A DNA stretch of 64,000 nt, taken from Camelus dromedarius (taxonomy: Eukaryota). Below are positions 13,001 to 26,195 of this stretch, piece by piece; within the stretch, counting starts at the first letter, position 1, and each line of letters starts with the position of its first letter. Made by a program: the position numbers and the translations under genes. The stretch covers positions 13,888,001-13,952,000 of the forward strand of contig NC_087436.1 of the NCBI RefSeq assembly GCF_036321535.1, written 5' to 3'. Under the pieces are notes generated by a model. That model saw only the letters and a list, made by a program, of their open reading frames with translations. It ran no database searches and had not been told where the DNA came from.

Positions 13001-13965
13001 GCTGGGTGATAATATTCTTTGATGACACTTTAGAGGAGACATTTCTCTTGTCACCCAAGGGCTCTCTCCTCATCAGTGACCTACTGAAAGAACAGATGGT
13101 GCTGGGAGTAACAGTAAGGACATCACATGACAGGATTCCTCCAAGCACAGCTCAGGTCACGTTCTCTCCAGGAAGCCAGGCCCCACTTGCTTTACCTTCC
13201 AATTCTTTTTTTTTTTTTTTCCAATTCTTGTATTAAGTACTGTAACACTATGGTTTTAGGGTGTACCAATTTGTGGTTGTTTAAAGGCCGACATGTATTG
13301 TTCTCTGTCATTTCTCGTGTATTTATTTGTCTTTTTCCCTCACAGGGCTTGTCCATTTTTAAAAGGTAGGAACCAGGGCTTACAATTCTGTTTCTCCCAC
13401 ATCATCTACCACAGGCCTGAGAAAGCAGAAGTCATTTCATAAATGACAACCTGTAGGTGAACTGGGGAAATACAATTTGCCTTTTAATAATCCTTTTCTA
13501 AAGGTTGTTTCTCATTGAATTGAGGTAAATCTGAAGGTATTAAAAAAAGTGACTGACTTGCCAGGTGATGGAAATGTGAGCTACCTTGATTGTGGTGGTG
13601 GTTTCATAGGTGTATACATGTGTCAAAATTCATCAAATTGTGTGTCTGAGATATGTGTAGTTTACTGTACAGAAATTATACCACAAAAATTGTTTAACAA
13701 TTTAAAAAAAGCAACTGAGCAGCCTAATTGCTTTATAAAATGAAGCCTCATTTAGGACATACATGAGTAGATTTATGGCAATAGCATTATTACCCTTGCT
13801 TCATTAAACTTAGATGCAACAAAGTCATGATGTCTTTATGTATGAAAAATTGTTGAATATATTATTGAATCTGAGAGAGCCAAAGAAAAAAGACAATTTC
13901 GTCTTGTATTTCCTATTCCTTCCTTCTCCTGTTCAGTGGCCAGGTGGCACTGAACTTAAACTTAC

Positions 13966-14133
13966 CTTAAACTTCCCATCTGAAGAGAAGATGCTAACCC
14001 ATTTATTATCATAATCCGCAATGATTATGTCCCCACTGGGATGCACAGCGACTCCCGTGGGCCGCTGCAGCTGCCCGGGAGAGCGTCCTCGGATGCCAAA
14101 ACGACTTTTGAACTGTCCATCATTGGAAAAAAT
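13966..14133 (-). CDS. TRIM2: TRIM2 exon 8 (168 nt): [59 protein letters not shown] repeat
   Basis: Within ORF 13933..14151(-); acceptor tttacag|, donor AAG|gtaagt; phase 0 to 0. Confidence 0.97.
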
Positions 14134-14371
14134 CTGTAAAACAAATGACATTCATTGGAATATGAATTAGCACAGAAATCAGTGAGAAAGAAACAGGCAA
14201 GAACACTTGTCGTAAGTACCGCGGGTCAGAACATGCAAACTCTATTCAAAGAAAAGCCCACACATACATTATAAGCCTCCCTTTCTTTCCCTGTATCTTA
14301 AGTGGGGAAATAGGCAACTGCATATGTCGTATCCATGTAAGTGGTTAAAGGTACATCATTAAGGGCCATAC

Positions 14372-14475
14372 CTGCACACACTGGTTGTTACTGTCTGCAA
14401 TTAATATCTTTCCACTTGTAGATGCGGCTACCCCTTGAAGATTTGTAAATTCTCCTTTATTTCTTCCTTTAGTGC
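14372..14475 (-). CDS. TRIM2: TRIM2 exon 7 (104 nt): [38 protein letters not shown] repeat
   Basis: Within ORF 14345..14581(-); acceptor tttttag|, donor CAG|gtatgg; phase 1 to 0. Confidence 0.97.
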
Positions 14476-16121
14476 CTAAAAATAGATTGTAAAACCACAG
14501 TAAATTACGCAAGAGAGAATTCGATTTCTCAGTTTCCGCAACAGAATTATTCAGGCTTCTAACGGTAACCTGAGGATGCAATGTTTTTTAAATTACACTT
14601 AAAAAAAAGACCCCCTCCCTCCAACCATGACCTAATCCATATTCTACTGAACTTCTCTTCCAGACCAACAAAAGTCTTTGAAAGATCATGTTTTTGGGGG
14701 CAAATACTAATCTTCTCTTATTAAATTGTACCTATGTATTAACATGACTGAAATATATTTAGATTCCACAAGGACACAATTACAAAGCCTAATATTACAA
14801 TCAGGGATATGTAATAAGAGAGGGCCTTATTTTAGAGTTTTGCCAAAATCCCACCCCCTCACTCAGCAGCTCTTAGAAACCTGGACGCTTGACTGTTAGC
14901 ACTTTTAATAAGCCTTATAAGGTCACAGATGTCATAAAGCTAGCAGGCTGATTTCCATGTACTGGATCTATTTATGCATGATTTTCAAAGACTCGGCATC
15001 CCATAAGCTGTTTATCTTTCCTGTAAAAGATACCCTGACAGTACTTTCTAGGTTAAATAAATAAGAAAGGCAAAAGAAAATTAATTAATCCAAGTAACAG
15101 GCTCATCCTTACTGGCTACTTTTATGGAAGAGATGAGGCAGGAAAAAAAAAAGCCAGGGTTTACAGATGTTTGTTTTTGTTTCCGAAGAAGTGTTTATAA
15201 TTTATTTTAATAGGATCGTTTAAATACTAATGGATGGAAACAGAAGGAACTCTGCTCAGAAATGACCAGGGAGGAGAGTCACATTTTCATAGTTAGAGAA
15301 AGCTATGCTTCACTTTTCTAAATTCATTTATGTTCAAAAGAGCAACTTGATGTTTGTTTTTAGGCATCAGTGCAGCGCCTGAAGGAAAAAGTAGACAAAG
15401 ACATGCTGACGAGGGCTAACGTCAGACGCGTGCTTGGGCTCTGATCAGGAACAGTCAGACTCTTCTGAAGCTGGTTTCTGCGTTTACAAAGTAAAACTGC
15501 GATGGAATTAAACTCAGAATAAAATCAAGAACAGAACTGTTGCGCAAGCCATCTTAGATTACCTCGTTCTCACCAGACCGTAGTTGTTTTATTGAAATCC
15601 TGGGCTCTAACAAGTAAGACTCGCCACCTCTATCTCTTACTAATGGGAAAGAAAAATCTGATATCCAGATCCTCAAAAGGACATCTTCCACGTTGTGGGA
15701 CAAACGGTTCTATTTCCTTTCGGATGTATCAGAGGAGACGATCTTCCTACTTGATCTGCACAGACTCCCTAAAATACACAAGTCTGTGGGATCAGCTAAT
15801 GCTCTAAAAATGGTGTGTTGGCATCTGTAGGTGGGAGGCAGGGAAAGGGGTGGTTGACCTTCAAAGGAGGTACGCGTTGGCGTGGTATTAACTTTTTTTG
15901 GCTATTCCTTCTGATGTCTGAGTAACAGCTGGTCAACAAGTACGGCAAAACTGAAGTTCCAAGAAAAGAAACAATTCTTCTGAAGTGCTCAGTTTATAGA
16001 AACTTTTTTAAAAGATACTGGAGGCGAGGCCAGGGTCTCTCAAAAATAAAAACTTAAGTTATCAGAAGCTTTAATAAACAGAAGCACAGAAGTTACTAGC
16101 AAGGTTAGAAACTGAGGACCA

Positions 16122-16305
16122 GCAGGGAGGGTGTAGGTCAAGTGGTAGAGCACATGCTTAGCATGCTCGAGGTTCTGGGTTCAATCCCCAGCACTTCCTC
16201 TAAAAATAAATACACCTAGTTACCTTCCTCCCTAAATAATATAATACAATAATAATAAATTACAAAAAACTTTTAAGAGAAACAACTCTTAAGAAAAAAA
16301 AAAAA
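16122..16305 (+). mobile_element. Vic-1-like SINE
   Basis: tRNA head, A tail, exact 15-bp TSD agaaactgaggacca at 16107-16121 and 16306-16320. Confidence 0.92.
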
Positions 16306-19300
16306 AGAAACTGAGGACCATATAAAGAAACATACTAAAAAACAAAAACAAAAACACTAGAGTCCTGCCAGAGAGGATGATACACACAAAAAAGAAGTGG
16401 CTTTAAGAAACCTAGGCTGTTCTAGACCTCGTTATGTAAAACTGGAAATGCACCACAGGCAGGAGAAAGAAATACTGAAACTGGGGAGGGGAGTAAGAAA
16501 AAAAGGGGAGTAGAAACGAGAAAGAATTGTATTCGGGGGTATGATTTTAAAACTTGGGAAGACATTTAGTTGAACTGCGTGTCAGTACCACTCAGAATGA
16601 GAAGGAAGACTCTATGCCTAGTTTGAAAGGAATGTGAGAGGCTCAGCGTCTGTCAATACAACGCACCTGCGCTGCGGAAGACCACGCGGCTGGGGCGGGT
16701 TCTCCAGCCGCCACCAAGCTCCAGGGTGATGCGCTGGCCCAGCTCTTACTCCTGGTCTCAAGTTACCTTGAGCTTGAGTCTGCTGCTTCCCATGTAAATA
16801 AAATCTCAGGGTTGGAGGTGCATCTGGTAGTCCCTGGTTGCTTATATACTTTTAAAAGTGCTAGGTGGAACAGGCATGGCCATTGAAATTTTATATTTGT
16901 TTTTAAAAATCTTTCTCTTTAAGCCACAGGGCTCAGTGGCCAAACAGCTGGGGGTTGGCATTACTGGTAACATCTCTTGATTCTGATGTGCATCTTTGGT
17001 CTTGTCAGAGTTATTAATGATCATTAAAAAAAAAACCCAAAACTCTATTTGTGTTAAACATAGCAGGAACACAGTGTTACTCCTGAGGATGAAAGGAAAT
17101 CCACCAGCGTACTTTTGAGGGACAACTCATACTGACTCTTTTTAATAGCCATTCTTAATGTTGAGTAATGATGCAGAACTCTGGCATATCAGTATGCTGA
17201 AGTGCCCAAAGTCCAGGTATTTATAAGGTGTCTTGGGACCAAAATAAAATAAACTGAAATTCCAGAAGCCAAATAATTTGGGATCATGTTTTACTCTTCA
17301 AGACTTTTAGTAAATTCTATTTATCTATAGAAAAGTTCCCCGCCCTCTGCAAAGTATTCTAAATACACAATGAAAACTAGTTTTTTCCATAACAAATATG
17401 AATGTCACATAAAACATATATAGTAATTATCAAATCTCTTCCTGTCTACTTTGATGTAAAAGATTTCATTTGATGGTGACATTTTGACTATTAAAATGAG
17501 TAATGTGAGTTTTTAAAGTAGTTATAAACCATTTGGCAACAATTCCATGAGATAATTATACTTGTTTTCCCCAGATTTTAAACTAGCCTATGAAATAGCA
17601 CAAAATGAATGTTTATCAGCTTGTCGTCCGTGCTCCCGCCCACACCTCCAGGAAGATTACGGAAGCAAGGTAATAAGTCCCTGGACTGAAATAGGAGATC
17701 AGTAACTGCAAATTTCCTTCCCTCCAATCCAACTTAGTAAGAAAATTAATGCTAAATAAATCTAGATACTAGAACGGGATAATACAAGAGGATGAAATCG
17801 AGCCAAACACAGGGTCTAACACAGGATCTTCAACCAAGCAGGTGCCTAACAATAGTCGCTGAATGAATGAGTGCCTGAATGAATTATTAACAACTGAGTA
17901 AATTACAACCCAGCTACATCATGGGAAAAGGAAGTGTTCAGTAATATTTACAGCACTTTCGTACACATTCTCTCTCATGCACTCCCTGTAACAACCCCAA
18001 GGGTTAGCAGGATAAATACTATCATTCCATTATATAGATGAGAAATTGAAGCTGAACACATCATGAAGGTAGTAAAGAGACAGAGCAAAGGATAAAACGT
18101 GGGTCTCCTGACACTTTACATAATATATATTTTTAATACACACATTGCTTCTCTCTAATTGGACTTTAGAATGCCAGGTGTTTGAAGTGAGGATAATTAC
18201 CCTTGGGTTCACATGGATCATGCTTCCTCTGTAAAATCTTTTAGAAAACTCCATTTTAACTCGTTCACTGTCTCCCTCGCTATCCTGAGAGCTCCCCGAA
18301 GGCAGGGGCAACCTCTGTCCTGTCTACCGCGGAATCCTACAACACAGCACAGTGCCTGGCACACAGTAAATAACAGTGCACCCTTTCACACTTGAAATGC
18401 AAGGAGAGTTCCCAAGGATGAGATTCTCAAGGAGTAGGGATAGCGTTCCTTTATGATGACCTCAGATGCCAAATTATCATGATCTCCTTCCTCAGAGATT
18501 TAGGGAGGAAGGGTGGTGATTTGCAGAGGTGAGGTGGGGAGAGGGGCATAAAATCATATCACATCTTCCTGGAAAGCCACTGAACTCACGTTAAGTGCCT
18601 TTACACATCCATCTTTCATCACGAGACAGAACCCTACTCTAGAGTACAAATGAGTGGTTCATTGAACACATCATTCCAAGGACTCATTCAGGTACGGGGT
18701 ATGAATTACAGAATCGGAAACAATTCAACTGTAATTCTTTCACTCCCTCCCACATCCTCAGACTTCCTATTTGTTCAGTGGTTTTCTTCAGTAGCTGACA
18801 AAATCAGCTCATGGCTTCTCATCAGCAAACTCTGACAGTGCAGGGAAAAATAATCCCCTGCTTCAAGGAATTGTCAACAGATGCTCTAAGCTGCCTCCCT
18901 AAACCCATTCAGGATTGTTTTGCCAATATGATATTAGAGTAAGAGAAGAACTCATTCACAGTGGGCATGTTGTTAAGTCTTCAGGTGAGGGAGGTACCAA
19001 ATATCTCAACTTCGGGAAACCATACTAATTAAAGGATATTTTAGATGAAGAGAGATTGTTACGCAGCTGAAAATGCAGGGGTTTTAGACTCACAGGTGCC
19101 CTGGATTACTACCCCAGCTCTCCTGAGCCTCCATTCCTTCAAAGCTAAGGAGAATTATATGTTGTCCTGAGAATTTGGCTCTTGAGGGGCAGGGCTGCAG
19201 GGCTAGGGGAAGAGCTCTGATTTGTAGCATTTGCCCATTTCTGTTGGGTAAATGTTCCCATCATGGCTGATTTCAAGGAATTCAGTGAAGCTGCAGATAC

Positions 19301-19421
19301 AAAATTAACATACAAAAATCAGTAGTGTTTCTGTACACTAACAATGAATTTTCTGAAAAATAAAGAAATTGCTCTCATTTATAATAGCATTAAAAACAAT
19401 AAAATACTTAAGAATAAATTT

Positions 19422-19618
19422 TGTAGTTGGCTTTATTCCTTTGATAATTATGTAAGTTTAAAAAGCTAAAGATCTAATCTGTTCTTAGAAACAATAATTA
19501 GTACATATACAAAAACTAAAAAAAGTGTAGTATACTGTTTATATGTATTTACATGCAATATAATGTGTATGTGCAGTCGAACTGTAATAATTCTACACAA
19601 TAAAACTGGAAAAAAAAA
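19422..19618 (+). mobile_element. ~200-bp polyadenylated insertion nested in the older L1
   Basis: 12-bp TSD aagaataaattt (19410-19421, 19619-19630), AATAAA plus poly(A); similar copy at ~44780-44970. Confidence 0.85.
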
Positions 19619-20970
19619 AAGAATAAATTTAACCAAGGAGTTGAAAGATCTCTACTCTAAAAACTACAAGACACTGATTTAAAAAAAATTGAAGACACCA
19701 ATAAATGGAAAGGTTTTCCGTGTTCATGGATTGGAAGAATGAATATTGTTAAAATGTCAATACTACCAAAGCCATCTATAGACTCAATGCAATCCCTATC
19801 AAGATTTCGATGGCATTTTTTACAGAAGTTGGAAAAACAGTCCTAAAATTTATATGGAACCACCAAAGATCCTGAATAGCCAAAGAAATCCTGAGAAAGA
19901 AGACCAAAGCAGGAGGCATCACATGTCCTGATTTCAGGCTATACTATAAAGCTACAGTAATCAAAACAGTACGGTACTGGCATAAAAACAAACAAATAGA
20001 CCAATGGAACAGAACCAAGAGCTTAGAAATAAATCCAAATATGTGTAGTCAACTAATATTTTGACAACAGAGCCAAGAACACTGAAAGGGAGAAAAGACA
20101 GCTTCTTCAACAAATGGTGCTGGGATAATTGAATATTCACGTAAAAGAATGTAATGACCCCTGTCTTCCCACACTGACAAAAATTAACTTGAAATGGATT
20201 AAAGACTTAAGTATAAGACTTGACTCCAGGCCTTATTTCTTACTAGAATAAAACACAGGAATAAAGCTCCCTCACATGAGTCTTGGTAATGATTGGTTTA
20301 ATATAACACCTAAAGAACAAGCGAGGAAAACAAAAAATAAACAAGTGGGACTTGTCAAACTAAAAACTTCTGTCAGTAAACAAAACCATCAACAATGCGA
20401 AAAGACAATCTACAGAATGGGAAAAAAATACTTGCAAATCATATATATGATAAGGAGTTAATATCCAAAATACATAATAATCTCATACAATTCAATAGCA
20501 AAAAACCAAATAACCCAACTAAAAGATGGGAAAAGGACTCAAATAGACATTTTTCCAAAGAAGACACACAAAAGGCCACATGGAAAGATGCTCAACATCA
20601 CTAGTCATTAGGGAAAGGCAAATTAAAACCACAAGATACCACCTCATGCCTGTTAGAATGGCTGTCATCAAAAGGACCAGAGATAAAAAATGCTGGCTTG
20701 GATATGGACGGTTGGTTCCTGTGCACTGTATGTGGGATGGTAAACTGGTACCGCCACTATGGAAATAGGATAAAGGATCTTTGAAAATTACAAATAGAGC
20801 TACCATATGATTGAGCTATTCCACTTCTCGGTATTTTTCTGCAGGAAACAAAAAACAGTAACTTGAAAAGATGCTTGCAACCCAATGTTCAGAGTAGCCC
20901 TATTTACTACAGCCAAGACATGAAACAAAATAAGTGCCCATAGATGAGTGAAAGGATAAAGAAGTTGTGA

Positions 20971-20971
20971 T

Positions 20972-21003
<32 letters not shown>
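20971..21003. repeat. Compound (TG)n(CG)n microsatellite
   Basis: Direct reading. Confidence 0.95.
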
Positions 21004-21004
<1 letters not shown>

Positions 21005-23676
21005 GGATTACCCAGTCATAAAAGGGATGAAATCCTACCATTTGTGACAACATGAATGGATCTTGAACGAATTATGCTAAGTGAAATAAGTCAGACAGAA
21101 AAAGACAAATACTGTATGACCTCATTTACATGTGGAATCTTAAAAAAAATAAACATGGAAAAAGAGATCATCAGATTGTGATTTCCAGAGGCAGAGGGTG
21201 GGAGGAGGGATGACTGGAAATTAAGTTAACTCGCCCAGATTGCACAGATAGCAAGGTGGCAGTGTTGGGGCCGGAACCCAGGGTGGGGCTACATCCAAGT
21301 CTTCAGCCTTAACCACTCACTCCTCTACCTCACATCCCTCCACCATTCAAGTCAAACAGATGGAAGTTCCATTCTGTCATCAAGTCCTGCCCTCTCCCTC
21401 CTAAGCGTGTGATAACCTGCCCTTTCCTCTCTCCTGCCGTGGCATCACTTTCAGTTCTGGCGCTTGTAAGAGCTCACGTGGACTACTGCAGTAAGAAGCG
21501 GCTCCCTGCTTCCCCGGAAACACGGTCAACACATTCCCTACAACGCCCCAGGCTCTCTGCAAATCAGGATCTTAGTAAGTCACCACAATACTTCACACCG
21601 TTCAGTGCCGCCCCATCATCCACCCCGCGACGGTTCTCACACCTCCGTGGGCATCAGCTCATGGAGTTTGCAGAATGTAGATTCCCGGTCCCTCCCCCAG
21701 ATTCTGATTCTGTAAAGGCAGTCTGGAATCCAGGAATTTTCATTTTTTTTTATCAAGCACCCCAAGGAATTCAAGTGGTTCATGGGAAACGCAGGTGTAG
21801 AGAACGAAGTCTCTGCTCCTTATCAAGGAAACAGAATCTTTTCTCTGCTATCTGACTTCATTGAACACTCCAGGTAATGGAATCATTTACAGTTCCTCGA
21901 ACTCCACAGTTTCTCATGGTCTTTCCCTTCATCTAAACCTCCTCATTCCCCCTCTTATCTGACAGACTCCTTCTCTTCCAAAGCCAGCTTAGGTTTAGAT
22001 GTCATCTCTGGGAAGCCTCCTTAACTCCCGGCTGCCTGCCAGCCTCCTCCCACCCACCCCAGCTTCCGGGCCTCGACTCACACTGCATGTTCGGCGTTTT
22101 TTACATCTGTCCCTTTCTGGACTGCAGCCTCCTCTAGGTGAGAGTCAGAATCTCATCCCTCTCTTCCTACCACGACCTGGCCAAGTGTAAGGCACACAGT
22201 AGGTGTTCAAACAACAGAGTCACATCTAAACCACAGGGCGAATAATAGGTGGGGAAGGTGAAAATCTGGGTCAAAATCACCCTGAGAAAATCCTTTTTTT
22301 CAGCCTGAAAGTGATGATTCACTTTTAGGAATATACAAAATTAACATACATTATTTAGGGTTGTTGAATGAATCCTAATACATGTTTTAGGAAAACTCAG
22401 TAGCTTTAAGCATGAAATCAGGGCCTCAAGCTCAGTATGTGAAACCAGTTGAGGGAACAGCAGAACCACAGTTGCCCGCTCACGTACTTGAAATTGAATG
22501 GATTCTGACTTACACGTGATAGGTTTCCACACATGCAGAGAGGGACTGTTCCAACCACGAATGTTCTATTATCATGCACCTAAGAGCCTGACTGTACAGA
22601 GAAGCTTAGAGTCCTAAAACAAAGGTGTAGCCATAAAAGACAGTTGAACTCTTTTAATTACTAATATAAACTCAACCCATTTGTAGCCCACAGTATAGAT
22701 TTTTGAAAACACAAGTTCTCAGAAGGCGAGCACTGTTTGTCTGACACCGCCTAGCCTAGCACAGTTCCATGCATGGGAACATAGGTGATAACTGCCTTCG
22801 AGCTTGGGGCTTTGTTGGCTGGTCTGTGTGTCCCTGGGCCTCAAAACTGGGACTTGACAGCGGTGAGCAGGAAGTTAAATCATGCAGTAAGTCGTGACTT
22901 GATCCTACTCAAATGGGCAAAGTCCTTATGCAAGGAATTCTTATGGGTATTATTGGGGATTATAAATGAATAAAGACTTCATCTTTGACTTCAAGTAATT
23001 TATAATCTTATCAGAAAATAAGACCTAGGCATAAATAATAATATTCACTGTGGATTCTAAAAGAGAAGGGGGTAGTTGAGGGAAGGATAAAATTGGGGAG
23101 AGGATTCAGGGATGAAGGTGTGAAAGCACAGAGGGCATTCTAGAAGCAGGGGCTCTGACACTGATCTGTCCAGCTCCCCTTCAGCCAGCGCCCCCATCAC
23201 CTTCCACCCCTCTGAGCTCTGCTGCCCCTGCAACTTCTCATGGGATGCGTACCCCCACCACCCCGACACATCAATCGTGTTCACTCCGTTTCACCTGGCC
23301 TCTGATTTTCACATTGGTCCCTCTGCCCGGGATGCCATTTCTACCTGTCGACTTGGATGGCTTGTATTCATCATTCACGTCTGGTTTCAATTCCTTCTCC
23401 CAACCCATGGTATTAGTTAGTAGATCATACATCTGTCACTCCAAACCGTAAGTCCCTGGAGGGAGGAGACCTCATTTCTTTCATCTCCGTATTCCTCACC
23501 TCTTAGCATAATGCCTGTCCTGTAGTAAGCACTCTAGAAATGTTTTATGAGCTATATTATTGCACAGTGGTGGTGTCTTTTGGTTAGACTCTGGATTAGA
23601 ACATAAAGCTAAAGAGGAATGGGTCAGTAAGATCTATCTCCCTTTCTGCCCTTACACACCTGAGGTATTCAGCATC

Positions 23677-24049
23677 TGTGACAAGCTGAACTGTATCTCC
23701 ACGAAATTCCTAAGCTGAAGTCCAGTCCCAACCTCCAGCACCTCAGAATGTGACTGTACTTGGAGTTAAGGTCTTTAAGAGGTGATTAACTTCAATGGGG
23801 CCATTAGGATGAGGCCCTAATCCAATATGACTCGTGTCCTTCCAAGAAGAAGAAGAAACGCCAGAGGTGCATGTGCACAGAGGGACGACCATGGAAGGAA
23901 AAGGCAGCAAGAAGGCAGCTGTCTGCAAGCCGAGGAGAGGCCTCAGAGGAAACCAACCCTGCTGCCTCCTTGATCTTGGACTTTCAGCCTCCTTGTTTAA
24001 GCCACTCAGTCTGTGATATTTCGTTACTTCTGCCCTAGAAAACTAAGAC
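23677..24049 (+). mobile_element. MaLR LTR (MLT1-type)
   Basis: cacctcagaatgtgactgta...ggccctaatccaatatgact...gaaaccaaccctgc...gccctagaaaactaa. Confidence 0.85.
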
Positions 24050-24846
24050 CTGATCTTTACTCCATGAATAAACTCAGACACAGTGCTGTAGGCCAGGTGC
24101 TGTTCTAAGCTCCTTACAAATGTGTAGATATGTGAATCACTATGACTGCAGTTCTCAGTGGGTAAGAGGGGAGACGAGTGGGCCTCCTTCCCCCGAGGGT
24201 GGGAGCCGAGCCCTCAAAATCAGTATAGTTTGGGGAAAAAACGTCCCTAAGGGGTATACCTCTCTCCTCAGGAGAAAATCAGGTGCAAGGATGATGACTG
24301 ATAATAATAACAACAGAAAAATAATAGCTACCGTTAACTGAGCACTTACTGTACACAGGCCAGTGCCAGCCGTGGTATAAGAACTCTTTCTCATGTACTC
24401 CCACGGCAACCTTAAGAATTAGGTAATACACATTGTAAACTGACTATACTTCAATTTAAAAAAAAGAATTATGTCCTATTTCATTTCCTATATTTTACAG
24501 AGGAGGAAAGCAGGCTAAGAAAGGGCAAGCCAGTTGCCGGCTGGTGAGGAGAATCAGGACCAGACCAGATCCAGGCCTTTCTCCACCGGGCTGCCTGCCC
24601 GGGGATGTGGCCTGGGGTCACCTGGCTGGAGGAGGGGGGTTCTGAATTTGAGACTGAGTTTGTTCTTAATGCAGATGGATGGGGAACAGCAAGGTACGTT
24701 TATTTTTGAAAGAAAAAGGAGGAGGGGACATCTAAGAGCCTTAATTGCACATGCAAAAACAATCCTTCTTGAGTATTTAGCTTCTCCTACAGGCCAGGCA
24801 TTAAGCTGGGAACTTAAAACAGTTCTGAGAAGCAGATATTTTTCTT

Positions 24847-24997
24847 ATATATATATATTTTTTCTTCTTTTTTGGAGGGGGTGGTAATTAGGTTTGTTTA
24901 CTTATTTAATTTTTTTTAGTGGAGGTACTGGGGATTGAACCCAGGATCTCATGCATGCTAAGCACACGCTCTGCCACTGAGCTATACTTTCTCTCCT
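24847..24997 (-). mobile_element. Vic-1-like SINE inserted in a MIR-like relic
   Basis: ggaggtactggggattgaacccagg...ccactgagctata is the reverse-complement head. Confidence 0.88.
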
Positions 24998-26195
24998 GTA
25001 TTTTCTTTTTCCAGACAGGGAAACTGAAGCGCAGGGAAGCTGAGAGATGTGCCCAAGTTGTCAGTAAGCAGCAGAACCGGAGTGGCAGGCTGGGGAGGCT
25101 CCCAGTCCTGCACCCTCCGGGCGCCCACCCACTCTGCTTGGGCTGATGTCTCCACAGCTTCTGCGTTCACACCCAGCACAAGCAGCCAGTGAGTGGACCA
25201 GGGCCTCCACACTCTGAACCGATAGCTTGTCCTATCACAATCCTTACCAAGATTCAGCCCAAAGAATAATAAATAACATAGAATAATAAACAATAAATAG
25301 AGCAGCTTTTGCCCAAGAATGTTCCAAGGAGCCTTATTTTCCCAAGACGTTTCATGGAAAAAGTTCAATGGTCAGAAAAGTTGGGAAGTGCTGCCTGTTA
25401 TCACACCTCCCCTGCCATGGGGACTTACAGTGCACAGCAGCAGCTTCCAAAGGTACTGTAGGAAAAACAAAAACAAAAAAACCCCTGCTTCCTTCACATT
25501 AAGCTAAGCTTTCCTCAATCTATTTGAATCACAGAATTGTTTCTCCACATGTCCGTTAACAGACCCTGCAGCACCCTTTCAGAGATACTGCAACGTAGGA
25601 TAAAGAGGCAGAAAGAGAAGCAGGCTGGATACAGGCACGAAAATGCAGACTTTTTTCTTAAGAGCTATCAAACTATTTGTTCCTTAAATTCATTTGCTTT
25701 CTATTGAGAAAATACACAGCTTAAAAAAATCAGAGCCAACACATTTGACAAGGGAAGGGCTATTTGCATCCCCAAATCTCTTGGCTCATCTCAAGCTTTC
25801 TTGCTCCCACCCAACCTCATTCCATTCTCTTGGTTTTCATACACCCTCCCCTCTTAGGGCTGCTCTAAGAATTGGACATGATCACAACCCGCAATGCACC
25901 ATGTCCCTCACCCCCAGTGCAGAAGTGGTGACAGGGAGGCATCAGACCCTCTGCCCACAGTTACAGCCCGAGCTGGCAGATTCGAGAGAAACACATGAAG
26001 TTATCTGATATAATGATCTTGCTACCTTTGGGTTTTGGCAGGAGTTTTCTAAAAACATTCCCATGGGGAGGTGGGGTGGGGTGGAGATTGCTAAGATTTC
26101 CTTTAAAATTTCCAGATTATGACTGCTGTGATTTTTCTCTTTTTTGCTTATTTTCAGTTTCTAATCTACTAATGAAAACGCAGAGCTTGTGTTTT

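Larger units (their letters stand above)
19280..21215 (+). mobile_element. Decayed L1 ORF2 3' part and 3' UTR
   Basis: ORF-track fragments such as ILANHIYDKELISKIHN and RYHLMPVRMAVIK are L1 ORF2 C-terminal motifs; many frameshifts. Confidence 0.9.

Noticed and set aside
16655..16745. Small CpG cluster as a promoter
   Set aside because: Under 100 bp and resembles a MER5-type relic (caagctccagggtgatgc).
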